26,100 nt of DNA from contig NIVC01005109.1 of assembly GCA_002269645.1 (NCBI GenBank), positions 1 through 26,100 on the forward strand. The letters run 5' to 3'. The translations under genes were made by a program, and so were the position numbers. Numbering within the stretch: position 1 is the stretch's first letter; each line of letters begins with the position of its first letter. Positions 1 through 12,086 of this stretch are shown piece after piece. The stretch is from Macrostomum lignano (Eukaryota). Under the pieces are notes generated by a model that searched no databases, had not been told where the DNA came from, and worked only from the letters and a program-made list of their open reading frames with translations.

Positions 1-1203
1 GCAAGAGTCTGGAGTAAGACAGTCTACAACACCCTGTTGGAGAGCATGACAGTCTGTGAAACACCCTGTTGAGGAGCATGACAGTCTGTAAAACACCCTG
101 TTGGAGAGCATGACAGTCTGTAAAACACCCTGTTGGAGAGCATGACAGTCTGTAAAACACCCTGTTGGAGAGCATGACAGTCTGTAAAACACCCTGTTGG
201 AGAGCATGACAGTCTGTGAAAACACCTGTTGGAGAGATGACAGTCTGTGTGAAACACCCTGTTGGAGAGCATGACAGTCTGTAAAACACCCTGTTGGAGA
301 GCATGACAGTCTGTAAAACACCCTGTTGGAGAGCATGACAGTCTGTAAAACACCCTGTTGGAGAGCATGACAGTCTGTAAAACACCCTGTTGGAGAGCAT
401 GAGTCTGTAAAACACCTGTTGGAGAGCATGACAGTCTGTGAAACACCCTGTTGGAGAGCATGACAGTCTGTAAACACCCTGTTGGAGAGCATGAGTCTGT
501 AAAACACCCTGTTGGAGAGCATGACAGTCTGTAAAACACCCTGTTGGAGAGCATGACAGTCTGTAAAACACCCTGTTGGAGAGCATGACAGTCTGTAAAA
601 CACCCTGTTGGAGAGCATGACAGTCTGTAAAACACCCTGTTGGAGAGCATGACAGTCTGTAAAACACCCTGTTGGAGAGCATGACAGTCTGTAAAACACC
701 CTGTTGGAGAGCATGACAGTCTGTAAAACACCCTGTTGGAGAGCATGACAGTCTGTGAAACACCCTGTTGGAGAGCATGACAGTCTGTAAAACACCCTGT
801 TGGAGAGCATGACAGTCTGTGAAACACCCTGTTGGAGAGCATGACAGTCTGTGAAACACCCTGTTGGAAAGCATGGCAGTCTGTGAAACACCCTGTTGGA
901 GAGCATGACAGTCTGTGAAACACCCTGTTGGAGAGCATGGCAGTCTGTGAAACACCCTGTTGGAGAGCATGACAGTTTGTACAGCAGACTCTTGGAGATT
1001 CTGACAGTTTGTACAGCAGACTCTTGGAGAGTATGACAGTTTGTACAGCAGACTCTTGGAGATTCTGACAGTTTGTACAGCAGACTCTTGGAGATTCTGA
1101 CAGTTTGTACAGCAGACTCTTGGAGATTCTGACAGTTTGTACAGCAGACTCTTGGAGATTCTGACAGTTTGTACTGCAGACTGTTGGAGAGTATGACAGT
1201 CTG
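1..1203. repeat. 32-bp minisatellite array with two subtypes, running off the window start
   Basis: Unit GAGAGCATGACAGTCTGTAAAACACCCTGTTG from 1 to ~965. It switches to a related 32-bp unit GACAGTTTGTACAGCAGACTCTTGGAGATTCT from ~965 to 1200. The 32-aa period of the 24..1349 ORF equals 3 units. Confidence 0.97.
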
Positions 1204-1455
1204 TATAAGAAACAAAAAAGAAAAAAGAACCAAACGCGGGCAAAAGCAGCCCGAGTAGCATTTTTTTTCATCCAACAAACAGCACAATGGCTCTTCATAT
1301 TCAGCTCGGCAAAACCAAGTGTATTTTTAGAGCAAGTGTCACTAGGCACTGCTGACGGTCAACAGTGAACGCACGAAGCAGACAATTACTAGTTATGGAC
1401 TTTAGAAAAGTCCAGAAACACTCCACAGACTGTCTTTTCCCATTCTGTCAATCAA

Positions 1456-1572
1456 TTATTCCTTCTTAATGTGACGCTTCTTGTTTGGCTTGCGAAATCG
1501 AAGCGCGTTCGGCTTGGCCTTGGCCTCCTTGCGGATTTTACCGGCCGCCAGGGCGATGATGCTGTTGCGGAT
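1456..1572 (-). CDS. RPL14: 60S ribosomal protein L14 (eL14), exon 2 with stop codon
   Basis: Acceptor ...ctctccccaacAG at 1574-1573 is followed by IRNSIIALAAGKIRKEAKAKPNALRFRKPNKKRHIKKE and TAA (1458-1456). It joins exon 1 in phase 0 and resembles the basic eL14 C-terminus. Total protein 156 aa. Confidence 0.9.
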   Translation of the reverse strand: MRNSIIALAAGKIRKEAKAKPNALRFRKPNKKRHIKKE

Positions 1573-1654
1573 CTGTTGGGGAGAGTTGAAAGGATTATAT
1601 GTATGCACGTCTATTTTCAATGCAATTGGATTACATGACTGTTAATTCGATTTG

Positions 1655-1955
1655 ATTAATGAGGGCGATTCTTGAAACAAAGAGATTAGACTTTTAATCC
1701 GATCGGATTAGTGGGAGGCGATTATTGAAACAATGGGATTAGACTTTTAATCCGATCGGATTAGTTGAAGGCGATTCTTGAAACAAAGGGATTAGACTTT
1801 TAATCCGATCGGATTAGTGGGAGGCGATTCTTGAAACAATGGGATTAGACTTTTAATCCGATGGGATTAGTGGTGCCGATTCTTAAAAACAAAGGGATTA
1901 GAGACTTTTAATAGGATGGGTTTAGTAGGGGCGATGGCTAGTAACAATGGGATTA
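1655..1955. repeat. 53-bp tandem repeat in the RPL14 intron with an internal 16-bp palindrome
   Basis: TAATCC recurs at 1695, 1748, 1801 and 1854 (period 53). The first three copies carry the perfect palindrome TAATCCGATCGGATTA, and copies degrade toward both edges. Confidence 0.9.
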
Positions 1956-2099
1956 AGGGTCCATACTGAATCCTTGGGGGTTCGAATTTCAATCTTAAAT
2001 GGGTTATAGTGAAGATTCTATAAGCAGAGTCGAACTAATTCCCCCGTCAAATACATATGGCAACAAGGGCAAAATGGTAAAGCAGTGAAAGCCGCTAAC

Positions 2100-2453
2100 C
2101 TGTTTCGCGCGAGCCAGTTTAAACCGATCGAAGTCGCTCATGTTAGTGCGCAGGCGGCGAGCCTCCAGCTTCTTAGCCCAGCTGGTCTCCTTCCACTTCT
2201 CGTCCAGCTTAGCGGCCGTCCATTTCCGCCTGACAACAGCGGTGCGAGCTGAGTGCGGCAGGTCGATACAGAATCTAGTCAGGTGCAGGCGCTTCATGTC
2301 GCACACCTGCCGGCGAACGCCGCTGCACGGACCGTCAATCAGGACTCGGTTCTGGTCGATAATTTCAGCGATTGCACACACCTTGCCAGAGTCTTTGCCG
2401 TTGGCAATGAAGGCCACGCGGCCGACCTCGACGAATTTATCGAGCTTGCCCAT
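2100..2453 (-). CDS. RPL14: 60S ribosomal protein L14 (eL14), exon 1
   Basis: MGKLDKFVEVGRVAFIANGKDSGKVCAIAEIIDQNRVLIDGP...SWAKKLEARRLRTNMSDFDRFKLARAKQ is a typical eL14 KOW/Ribosomal_L14e sequence. Donor CAG|GTTAGC at 2099; intron 1573-2099 (527 bp). Confidence 0.97.
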
Positions 2454-2471
2454 TTCGAGCTACCTTGCCAG

Positions 2472-2510
2472 CTGCAAAATAAGCGTACAATAAAAGCATA
2501 TATTAGCAAT
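2472..2510 (-). promoter_or_regulatory. Splice acceptor (cis or trans) upstream of the RPL14 ATG
   Basis: Minus strand gCTAATatatgcttttattgtacgcttattttgcAG|ctggcaaggtagctcgaaATG: branch-like CTAAT, U-rich tract, and AG at 2473-2472, 18 nt before the ATG. Confidence 0.7.
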
Positions 2511-2544
2511 TACTTAAAGTAATTTTAAATTATTAAATAATAAA

Positions 2545-3372
2545 CACGAGGATTTGTGAGACCAGGGATCTATCACGAGGCTCTGTGAGAGGAGGGATCT
2601 ATCACGGGATCTGAGAGCAGGGATCTATCACGAGGCTCTGTGAGAGCAGGAATCTATCACGAGGATCTGTGAGAGCAGGGATTTAGCACGAGGATCTGTG
2701 AGAGCAGGGATCTAGCACGAGGATCTGTGAGAGCAGGGATCTATCACGGGATCTGAGAGCAGGGATCTATCACGAGGCTCTGTGAGAGCAGGAATCTATC
2801 ACGAGGATCTGTGAGAGCAGGGATCTATCACGAGGATCTGTGAGAGCAGGGATCTATCACGAGGATCTGTGAGAGCAGGGATTTATCACGAGGCTCTGTG
2901 AGAGCAGGGATCTGTGAGAGCAGGAATCTATCACGAGGATCTGTGAGAGCAGGAATCTATCACGAGGATCTGTGAGAGCAGGGATCTAGCACGAGACTCT
3001 GTGAGAGCAGGGATCTGTGAGAGCAGGGATCCATCACGAGGATCTGTGAGAGCAGGGATCTGTGAGAGCAGGGATCCATCACGAGGATCTGTGAGAGCAG
3101 GGATCTGTGAGAGCAGGGATCTGTGAGAGCAGGGATCTGTGAGAGCAGGAATCTATCACGAGGATCTGTGAGAGCAGGGATCTGTGAGAGCAGGGATCTA
3201 TCACGAGGATCTGTGAGAGCAGGGATCTATCACGAGGATCTGTGAGAGCAGGGATTTATCACGAGGCTCTGTGAGAGCAGGGATCTGTGAGAGCAGGAAT
3301 CTATCACGAGGATCTGTGAGAGCGGGGATCTAGCACGAGACTCTGTGAGAGCAGGGATCTAGCACGAGGATG
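2545..3372. repeat. 29-bp minisatellite with 16-bp short variants, between RPS27A and RPL14
   Basis: Unit GAGAGCAGGGATCTATCACGAGGATCTGT, interspersed with the truncated unit GAGAGCAGGGATCTGT. Confidence 0.96.
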
Positions 3373-3558
3373 GAAAAGAAGGATCTAACACAAATTCTGA
3401 TAAGCTGAAGCATGCAACGAGAGGATCTAGATTGAGAACTAATCGGGAACAATCTAAAGCCAGTTAAAATATAAACACTCATAACGAAAAACTTCTATCC
3501 AAACGCTTCAAGCCAACTGTGCATAGTGCATAGGCTTTTTCAGTTTAAAAGAACAGCT

Positions 3559-3564
3559 TTTATT
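3559..3564 (-). terminator. Polyadenylation signal of RPS27A
   Basis: AATAAA on the minus strand ~70 nt after the TAG, followed by U-rich sequence. Confidence 0.65.
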
Positions 3565-3631
3565 TATGCGCGAAAAACTTGACACTGCCATCAATCACTC
3601 TCCAGTTACTTGGTTGAAATCGTCCCGGGAT

Positions 3632-4222
<591 letters not shown>

Positions 4223-6743
4223 TTAGCCACGCACTTTTGATCTTTTTTTCATAACAACTTTATAAATAAAAAGTTGTTGCATATATAGCAACAATCCTGA
4301 ATCCCAGTCTAAATAGTTTTCTCCTACATCTAAATTTCAGGGCTAAGGCTGCACTTCATGACATCCCAATGTGTTAGATAAATGTAGTTTGGTCCTGGCA
4401 AGGCAATTTGGCCTAGAAATGTAGCCCTACAAGCACAAAATTCTAAATTCACAAACATATATATATATCATTAAATTTTGCTAGCATTTGTGCAGTATAC
4501 ATTGTATGCCCCTCATTTTTTGCATGTACCCTTAACATTGTAAACATTACTGCAACAGGTTCTTTTGAACTACATAAAGACAAGGTGGCTACATAGACTT
4601 ACATCACAGCACAAATGGCAACAAAGTGACCTGCTGTTGGCCAACCTCCTACCCAGTTTTTCAAGCCATCAGTACCCCCTACTGGCCAAAGTAGGACAAT
4701 AATACCACATCATCACTTCTGCCTTGGCTGCTTCATAGACCAGGCACACTTCCAAGTAAGGTTAACTGAACCCAATAGTGCTTATGTATGAAAAATATGG
4801 CATATTTAGACATTGAGCTCCCTAGGTTTACTAATTTTAACAATTCTGATTTTAATAATTTTTAACTACTTAGAATATATAATAACTTATGCATGTAGCA
4901 ACGATGCTGATACAAATGACTACAAAAGTACAAAATCTACACTATGCTTATACTTATTTTTATAGTAAACTTAATGTTTCCTAATGCCTAACTTCATTCA
5001 ATAGGGTATCAAAAAAATTAAGTTGTTGGCTAAGTTTCTTCTAGATTACCATAAAGATGTCTTGCCTATCTATGTAGCAGGAATGAGTCTAATAACAATC
5101 AAGCTGACTATAGTTCTAGCACAACAGAGATCCTTACTTTTAGGGCTATAGGTTTAAGTGCCTATTTTCTTTATAATCTAAAGTCCTAGATGGCTAGATA
5201 TATACAAATAGATTTTTATATTATATAAAGGGTATAATAAATGTCTCTATCTAATTAGGTTGTTTGGCTATTAATTTATTCATGATAGTTACATTTTTAA
5301 TAAACCAATTATACTACAAATGGGTATATATGAAAACTTCTTTTAATAGAGGCTATTGCCAAATTGTTTTATGGAATAATGCACTCTTAGCAAAAAGTAT
5401 GGTGGGCAAAGCAACAAGGTCCTATAGCACCATACTAAGCTGAAGTGCATACTGCCTCCCTTGGGTAAAAATGCCTATATTAAGCCATTCTTAGACAAGA
5501 CAATATGCTATATTTTAAGGGTAATATGATATGAAGTGTAGCATCTATAAGTACTATATACTATGCTTTATTAGGCTATACCATGTACTATATAATAAGC
5601 AAAGTGGTGGATCAGCCAAAGGACCTAACATTGTACAGCAAATGTTTTGGCATAGCAAATAATTATACTTGTATAACATTTTATACACAAGTATAAAAAG
5701 AAAAAATGAAATTTGTGCATTTTTGCTAAAATTTAAAATTGTTAAAAACATGAAAATCAGTTTTGGGTTATCAAATAGTTATCAGATTTTATGATTATAA
5801 ATTATAATGCAGAGACAAATATTATGACTCTTATTTATAGTAGGGCATAATTTAGAGGCAGAATTTAAACAAGATATATTTGCTTTTTTATTACTATCAA
5901 TAGTTTTGGCCAATGAAAGTAATTATAATGGGGTAGATAGCAAATTTTGGGCTTCTTTATAATTATAAAGCAGTTGAGATTCAGAGAAAAGCATTGCATT
6001 GTCTTCCATGTGTGGTTTTTTAATTTCTAAATTTCTATCAAAGAACTCAAGATAAAAGAGGAAGATAGGGAACTAAAAATAGGAAATGCACAGAGTTTTG
6101 CACAGAAGAGTCTTGCCTCTAAAACTGGGAGTCTTGCCTAAGCACTTAAGGGAAACATAATATTAAATATAAAACAAACCACATGTATATTAAACATTTC
6201 TTTTTTAGTTGTTAAACTTGTATTACAACTTAATATTACATTGGTGTCCTGACTCAATCCTTTAACATTAACAATACTAGGGTTAGGGACTATCAAGAAC
6301 CTGGTAATAGCATTTTACCAATTCAAATCCACTAGAATAATAAACCAGTAGCATAAACTGCAAACCACAATAATCTATAGTGATAATGTATTTTTTGGTG
6401 CATGTCATATACCAAAATATTAAACATATTCACCAAAACCCAAAATCACTTTTTGAATAACAATATGTACACTAAATTTCTTAAATGTGCCCTAGAAATT
6501 TCTGGTATACATGCCTTTTTCTAGACTTTTCTTGGGTTTTTGTTTTCTTTTGTTTTGCATGCTTTTTGCAATTACGAGTATTACTTTTGTTTGCTGAACC
6601 ACTTGTGGCCTCATGGCATGTCCAATGCAATGATAACTACTTATGTGTGTCCTATTTAAAATTGTGTATTGGTTGTAACTTTTAACTTTCTGTTTACTTC
6701 TACAACTTTTTCTAGTTTTCCTATTTTTGTTTGGACTATTTAA

Positions 6744-7424
6744 CCACAGTCCAGATCATGGAAAGCATATGTCAGAATAAAGAATTCTTGTTTTGGTTAT
6801 TTTGCAAACATAAAATAAAAAAATTTACATTGAGTCCTGAGTTGTTTATACACTATTTTTTAAAAGAATATGTACTATTAGAAATAAAGGAGTTCTAAAC
6901 TTTAAAACTACCGTTTTTTTGCTAAAAAAACTGATATTGCGGAAGGTTTTCTGTGTACACTAGACATATTTTCATTAAATTTTCAATTGTACATCAACAA
7001 ATATTAAATGTATGCCAACTTAAAAAACAGTAAAAAAATGAAGAATATTTAAATTAAAAATTGTATTACAAAAAAGTGATAATGACATGACGATTATTGT
7101 GACAATACTGGTAATTAAAATGATTAGTAAATGAGAAAATAGTAGCAAAAAGAACAGTTTTTGAAATAACTTAACATAGAAAAATGCACAAAAAATCTTT
7201 ATATTAATTTGTACACCAGTCTTTTATGCCACACTGTATACAGCTAAGAAATGTATGCCGGTATATGCCACAGAACTCAAGTATATGCCGGAAAATTCTA
7301 GTGTATATCTCTCCTTCTGCAATATAGCCTGAATATTCTATATACCAAGTGTATGCCAAGATTGTTAGCAAAAGCAAAAATATGCTAGAATTTTTTGTCA
7401 TAAAGGCCACTTTCCAGACTATGG
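6744..7424. mobile_element. Old decayed non-autonomous TIR element (copy A)
   Basis: Left end CCACAGTCCAGATCATGG versus reverse-complemented right end CCATAGTCTGGAAAGTGG. Internal TATGCC(GG) motifs are shared with 11535-12086. No clear TSD. Confidence 0.4.
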
Positions 7425-7634
7425 CTGCTTAGTAGTACTTAAGTAACCTTTTATTAAACTTAAACTATACCAACTTTCAAATTACTTTATTCCTAACTAA
7501 AGCTTTGCTAGGAGTCTTGTACATGGCCACTTGACTGAATTTAATATAAGACTCTTATTAGGAGTCTTAAGCTAATAATATTTAAACATGTTTATTATTG
7601 GATCAATAATAAATCTAGCTACTCAATCTTAAGT

Positions 7635-8450
7635 GGGAGTGCTTATTTAGCCGGCACCGGCCGAATAAGTTCGCTACTATTTAGCCGGCAGTCCTGCCCC
7701 ACTGCCGGTCAAATAAGCTCGTCACTATTTAGCCGGCAGTCCTGCCCCACTGCCGGTCAAATAATTGCGTCACTATTTAGCCGGCAATCCTGGCCCCCAA
7801 TGGCCACGCCCATATATATATTTATTTGAGATATTTAAACTTTGGGCAATACAAAGTATAGGTAAAGCGAATATAAATCAATGCAGATTCAGTACAATTT
7901 ATTACTTGCCTTCAAGTTTGTTTAATTGTTTCTGGAAGTCTTGCATATTCCGGAAATTATTTGTAGCAGCAGAAGACACATTAACAATTAAAAAATTAAT
8001 TATGCATGTTTTACTTTCACTTTAATCTATGAATCAAAAAACTCCAAAATTGTCGGATTAATAATTAGCTTGTGTATGTTAAATTATTAATTTAAGGTCA
8101 TGACGAGCAGTGCGCAGTTATAAAATGTATAAATGTATTTTGACCAGCGTGGCCATTGGGGCCAGGACTGCCGGCTAAATAGTGACGCAATTATTTGACC
8201 GGCAGTGGGGCAGGACTGCCGGCTAAATAGTGACGCAATTATTTGACCGGCAGTGGGGCAGGACTGCTGGCTAAATAGTGACGCGCTTATTTGACTGGCA
8301 GTGGGGCAGGACTGCCGGCTAAATAGTGACGAGCTTATTTGACCGGCAGTGGGGCAGGACTGCCGGCTAAAAAGTGACGAGCTTATTCGGCCGGTGCCGG
8401 CTAAATAGTAGCAAACTTATTCGACCGGTGCCGGCTAAATAAGCACTGCC
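7635..8450. mobile_element. Non-autonomous Mutator/Foldback-like element, 816 bp
   Basis: Perfect 9-bp TSD ATCTTAAGT at 7626-7634 and 8451-8459. Ends are GGGAGTGCTTATTTAGCCGGCACCGG and CCGGTGCCGGCTAAATAAGCACTGCC. The long inverted arms are built of 48-bp tandem modules around an AT-rich ~330-bp core with no transposase. Confidence 0.92.
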
Positions 8451-9149
8451 ATCTTAAGTAATTTGTCTATTAGGTAAAAAATAACCAAGTAATCTCTATT
8501 TTGAACAAGCTCTAAGAATCTAACATTTTATAACATAATTTATAATGGTAGCAACACTATGCAACTCTTAGAAAACATTAACAAATTTCAATGTATATTA
8601 AGTTAATGGTATCTAAGGATCCCAAATTGAACAACTTATGCTTATACATATATAACTACTAGCCAAAATTGTGGTAGACCAGGGTTAAGTTGCCAAAAAG
8701 GGCCAAGAGAATAGACAGAATACTAATTAGATAACAAGGCATTTAGCCTTATAAGATAGTCATAGTTATTCCTATTATTTAAAAAAATTGCTGCATGGTC
8801 AATGGTTTCTTTTATACTTATGTTGCATTTTTGGTCAAAAAGTAAATCAAATGGCCAGTGTAAATCAGGGGGTGAGCATATGTGTGCCTGTTAAAGACCA
8901 CTTAACTACAATCATTATTATCCTACCTACCAGGATGGAATTTTTAAATGAGATAAAATCTTGGGCACATTCTGTGCATGCTGAAAAAATTTGCACACTT
9001 GCACGCACATTTTTGACAAACTTGCACAACTTAAAAAGGTTCATGGGTCCGCAGCTTATTGTAGCCATTTGTAGGGACTTAAGTGAGGTTACCATAAGCT
9101 GATAATTACACAAAAAATTGTAAAAGTGTTTTTTTAAAGAAATTGCTAA

Positions 9150-10900
9150 GCAAAGAAAACGTTTTTAGTAAAAACAAAATATACACGTTAAAGAAGAGTC
9201 TATACTCGTTCTAATTAGATATAGAAACAAAACTTATATACATTACATGCTGAGTATTGTACCACTGAACTTTGTCTTATTTTGTTTCTCGTTTTGTTGA
9301 AAAGCCAAATTGTCGTAGATTTTAATTTAAAAAGCATTAAATAAAACAAATCAAAAAACTTTGTTTAGTAAGCTTTTAATGAATAAATTGCAGCGCGTTA
9401 AATGCCTGCTATCACAGTTTTATTAAGATCAAAACGTCCATGAAGTTATTTTCGCTTTTTGAATTCGTCTTGTGAGCAATATCTCTGTGAAGCTACGTGT
9501 AAAACTTGATATACTTAAACCTTCTAAATCTAATGATTAAAGATGATAAACGATGTGGATATGCTAATGAAAATATAATATATTGTGACGAATAAAGGCG
9601 GGAAGACGTACGACTTGTGTAGCGGTTAAATTTAATAATCTAGAGCCAGCAGCTGACTTCCCTTAGCGTAAATTGCAGATATCAGATTTGGTATGTTTAA
9701 TTAAATGTTAGGTTTGGATTGGTAGCTGCTTAATTTTAGTGCGACTAAAGCAATTGAATGCGACGGCTAAGGGGCCCGCGAGAAGCGGAGCGAAAACCCA
9801 GGAGAGAAGGGAGAGAGCGGCGGCTGACTGCAAGCGTATATTTAATTGGTAAGGTAAACAGATAACAAACAACATCCCTAATCCAAAATCCAGACAAACC
9901 CCTCACGCGGCGGGAAATGTACTTGTACAAATTAATCGATTAATTAATATATCGGGTAAGAATAACATACGCCAGTACATGTACATAGGTAGATCTACTG
10001 TACGAGAAATAATAACGATATGAATGAAATACAACTAATAGAATAAATACATACGAGGCTACAAAAACAAAGCAATTAACTGTAACATTAGCGCAATAAT
10101 AATGCGTATAGAATATTGTTAAAATAAATTTAAAAATACAAGTACGTAGTATGCATGCAATGCGAGATAAGGAAGTACGATCAGATGATTCTATGAATTA
10201 CACTGTCACAATATTATGGAATTTTTTCACATCTCTATAGGAATCAAGAGTGCCATCTATGAGTGTATAGGCCTTCTTTTGCTTTTTACTATTTTTTTAG
10301 TCTCAGCATAACAAAGTATGAATCACGAAACCTAGTTTTTTTGCCTTAAATACCTCTCACTGCATCTACAGACCTCTACTGCGAGCCTCAAAGCAAGATT
10401 GAAATAAGAGCACAGGTTTTTAACCACTTGTGATGAAAGCAGGCTAGCTATCTAAATAAAATAATAATGTTGTTTGCTTTACCGAGTCTACCAGTGAGAA
10501 TTAGGCATCAGGATATTCTAACAATGGTCATCTTTTAAATGTAAAACTCAACGAAAAAAATTGGATGAAACAGTTTTTACGCAAGGTGATAAAAGCTAGA
10601 AAAATTTAAAACTATTTTTTATTTTCCGGTAATTTCGTTCAATACAACTTTCTACGAAATTCGAGCTAATTATGCGAAAAGTCTCGAATAAGCAAACCAA
10701 TGACCATTTACACGATCAATGTAAAAAAGAAATCAAATTTTGTATACAAACGGTGCGACCACATTGAATTTGGTTATTTTTGATTGCGGTGTGAACAAGC
10801 CTTTTAGGACTTGCAAAACGTAGATTAATAGAATCGACAACGACATGCTTCAATGAAAAGAACCCATAGGCCATAGCCGCATAAGCATAGTCCTTCGGCC
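9150..10900. promoter_or_regulatory. CpG-retaining island, candidate promoter region
   Basis: CpG is common here but nearly absent on either side. There is a GC-rich patch at 9760-9830, minus-strand CTCTCTCCCTTCTCTCC at 9817-9801, and plus-strand donor-like GTAAG at 9849 and 9956. Function is inferred only. Confidence 0.3.
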
Positions 10901-11414
10901 TATAGGGCCTACTGTCCTTACACTACATAAAAATAAGAGCACAGTAATGACACTAGTTAAGTTTATTTGCAACATTAGCTAAATGACTAAAGCAAGCTTA
11001 AAAAATTGGACTACTGTACTGAGACTGACAGAAGCCTTGCCTTTGGTCTTAATTATTATTGTCTTGTCTTGAAACAAAAATTATTAATTTAGGAAATCAA
11101 TTCAATAATCAAATTTCAAGCCAAAACCTCTACTTACTATGGCATAATTGGTTAAATATTATCAAAAAGTATTCAATAGGTCATTTACTTAAAAAAACAG
11201 ATTTTCAAATTGCAATTAAACTAGGCCTAATTAATATAAAGCTAGGCCTTTTTATAAAATTTTTATATCATTTAGATAATTTTAATTAATATGTATTTCA
11301 ATTTTGAACTAAGACCCCACCCCTAATAGGCCTACACAGTCTAGAAAAGAGTGTAGAGTATAATATACCATTTTAATTTATACTTGGAAATGTATTTAAA
11401 TTATTTTAAGCCTA

Positions 11415-11519
11415 TCCTGTAGTTTCGCACGTTAAATTATTACCCCCACCCCCCCCCACCACCCTTGAATAGAGGGCGAAATAATTCCGTAAAATAATTT
11501 AACGTGCGAAACTACAGGA
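11415..11519. mobile_element. 105-bp MITE, TA-flanked (Tc1/mariner-type footprint)
   Basis: Perfect inverted repeat TCCTGTAGTTTCGCACGTTAAATTATT / AATAATTTAACGTGCGAAACTACAGGA, flanked by TA at 11413-11414 and 11520-11521. Poly-C-rich core. Superfamily is inferred from the TA flanks only. Confidence 0.8.
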
Positions 11520-11534
11520 TAGCCTATTTTAAAC

Positions 11535-12086
11535 CCATAGTCAAGATCATGTCATGGTATACGCTGGAATAAAAAGTCCCCTAAAAAAATCTACGCCACT
11601 TTATACTGAAATGTATGCCAAGGTCCAAGGAACTTACGCTAGGTTTTCTAGGCTTTGTGACAATAAATGACCTTTTTTGCGTGTTATACATTTTAACAAT
11701 AAAAATTTAACAAATGTGTGGTTTTCCTTTAAAGTAAATTGGCTTACAGATAATGCCAACAAAAATCAATTTTTTGTTTAAGTTTTTTTAGAAAATCAAC
11801 ACGAATAGTTTGCGTGGAATTTTAAATTTTTATAAATCATAAACAGTTATGAACTTTCATCTTTGCTTACTAGTTTTATGGTTTTTATGATTTTCTAATA
11901 AGATTCTGAGGTTACGGCATTATGCCAACAATTGTTAATATTAACTTTGACGTGAAGGTTGGAGTTGGCATATGCTGCTTGGTGTATTTACAACATGGCA
12001 TCACACCAAAAGGTACACCAAATATATTTTTTATGCCAATTGTACGCCGGAAATTTCTGGCATAATATACATCATCCTGACTATAG
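11535..12086. mobile_element. Decayed non-autonomous TIR element (copy B, same family as 6744-7424)
   Basis: Left CCATAGTCAAGATCATG versus reverse-complemented right CTATAGTCAGGATGATG. Subterminal TACGCC/TATGCC motifs; several CpG are still present. Confidence 0.5.

Noticed and set aside
24-1349. 441-aa Cys-rich ORF on the minus strand
   Set aside because: It is a read-through of the 32-bp satellite, whose minus strand has no stop codon in any frame. The 32-aa period is simply three units.
1960-1995. GGTTCGAAT as a tRNA T-loop or Pol III B-box
   Set aside because: No cloverleaf, acceptor stem or A-box could be built around it.
2004-2099. ORF-track C-terminus of RPL14 (VSGFHCF...ESSL)
   Set aside because: This is intron read-through. 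A GT donor at 2099 and a better basic exon at 1572-1456 exist.
1-3372. Regular arrays as possible CRISPR
   Set aside because: These are head-to-tail tandem units with no unique spacers and no cas genes, in a eukaryotic context. The same applies to the arrays at 16517-20615.
4559-9113. Short ORFs and a possible exon (4559-4756) in the AT-rich centre as a transposase relic
   Set aside because: All frames are interrupted or low-complexity, and no recognisable catalytic motif was found. A profile search after in-silico CpG restoration would be needed.
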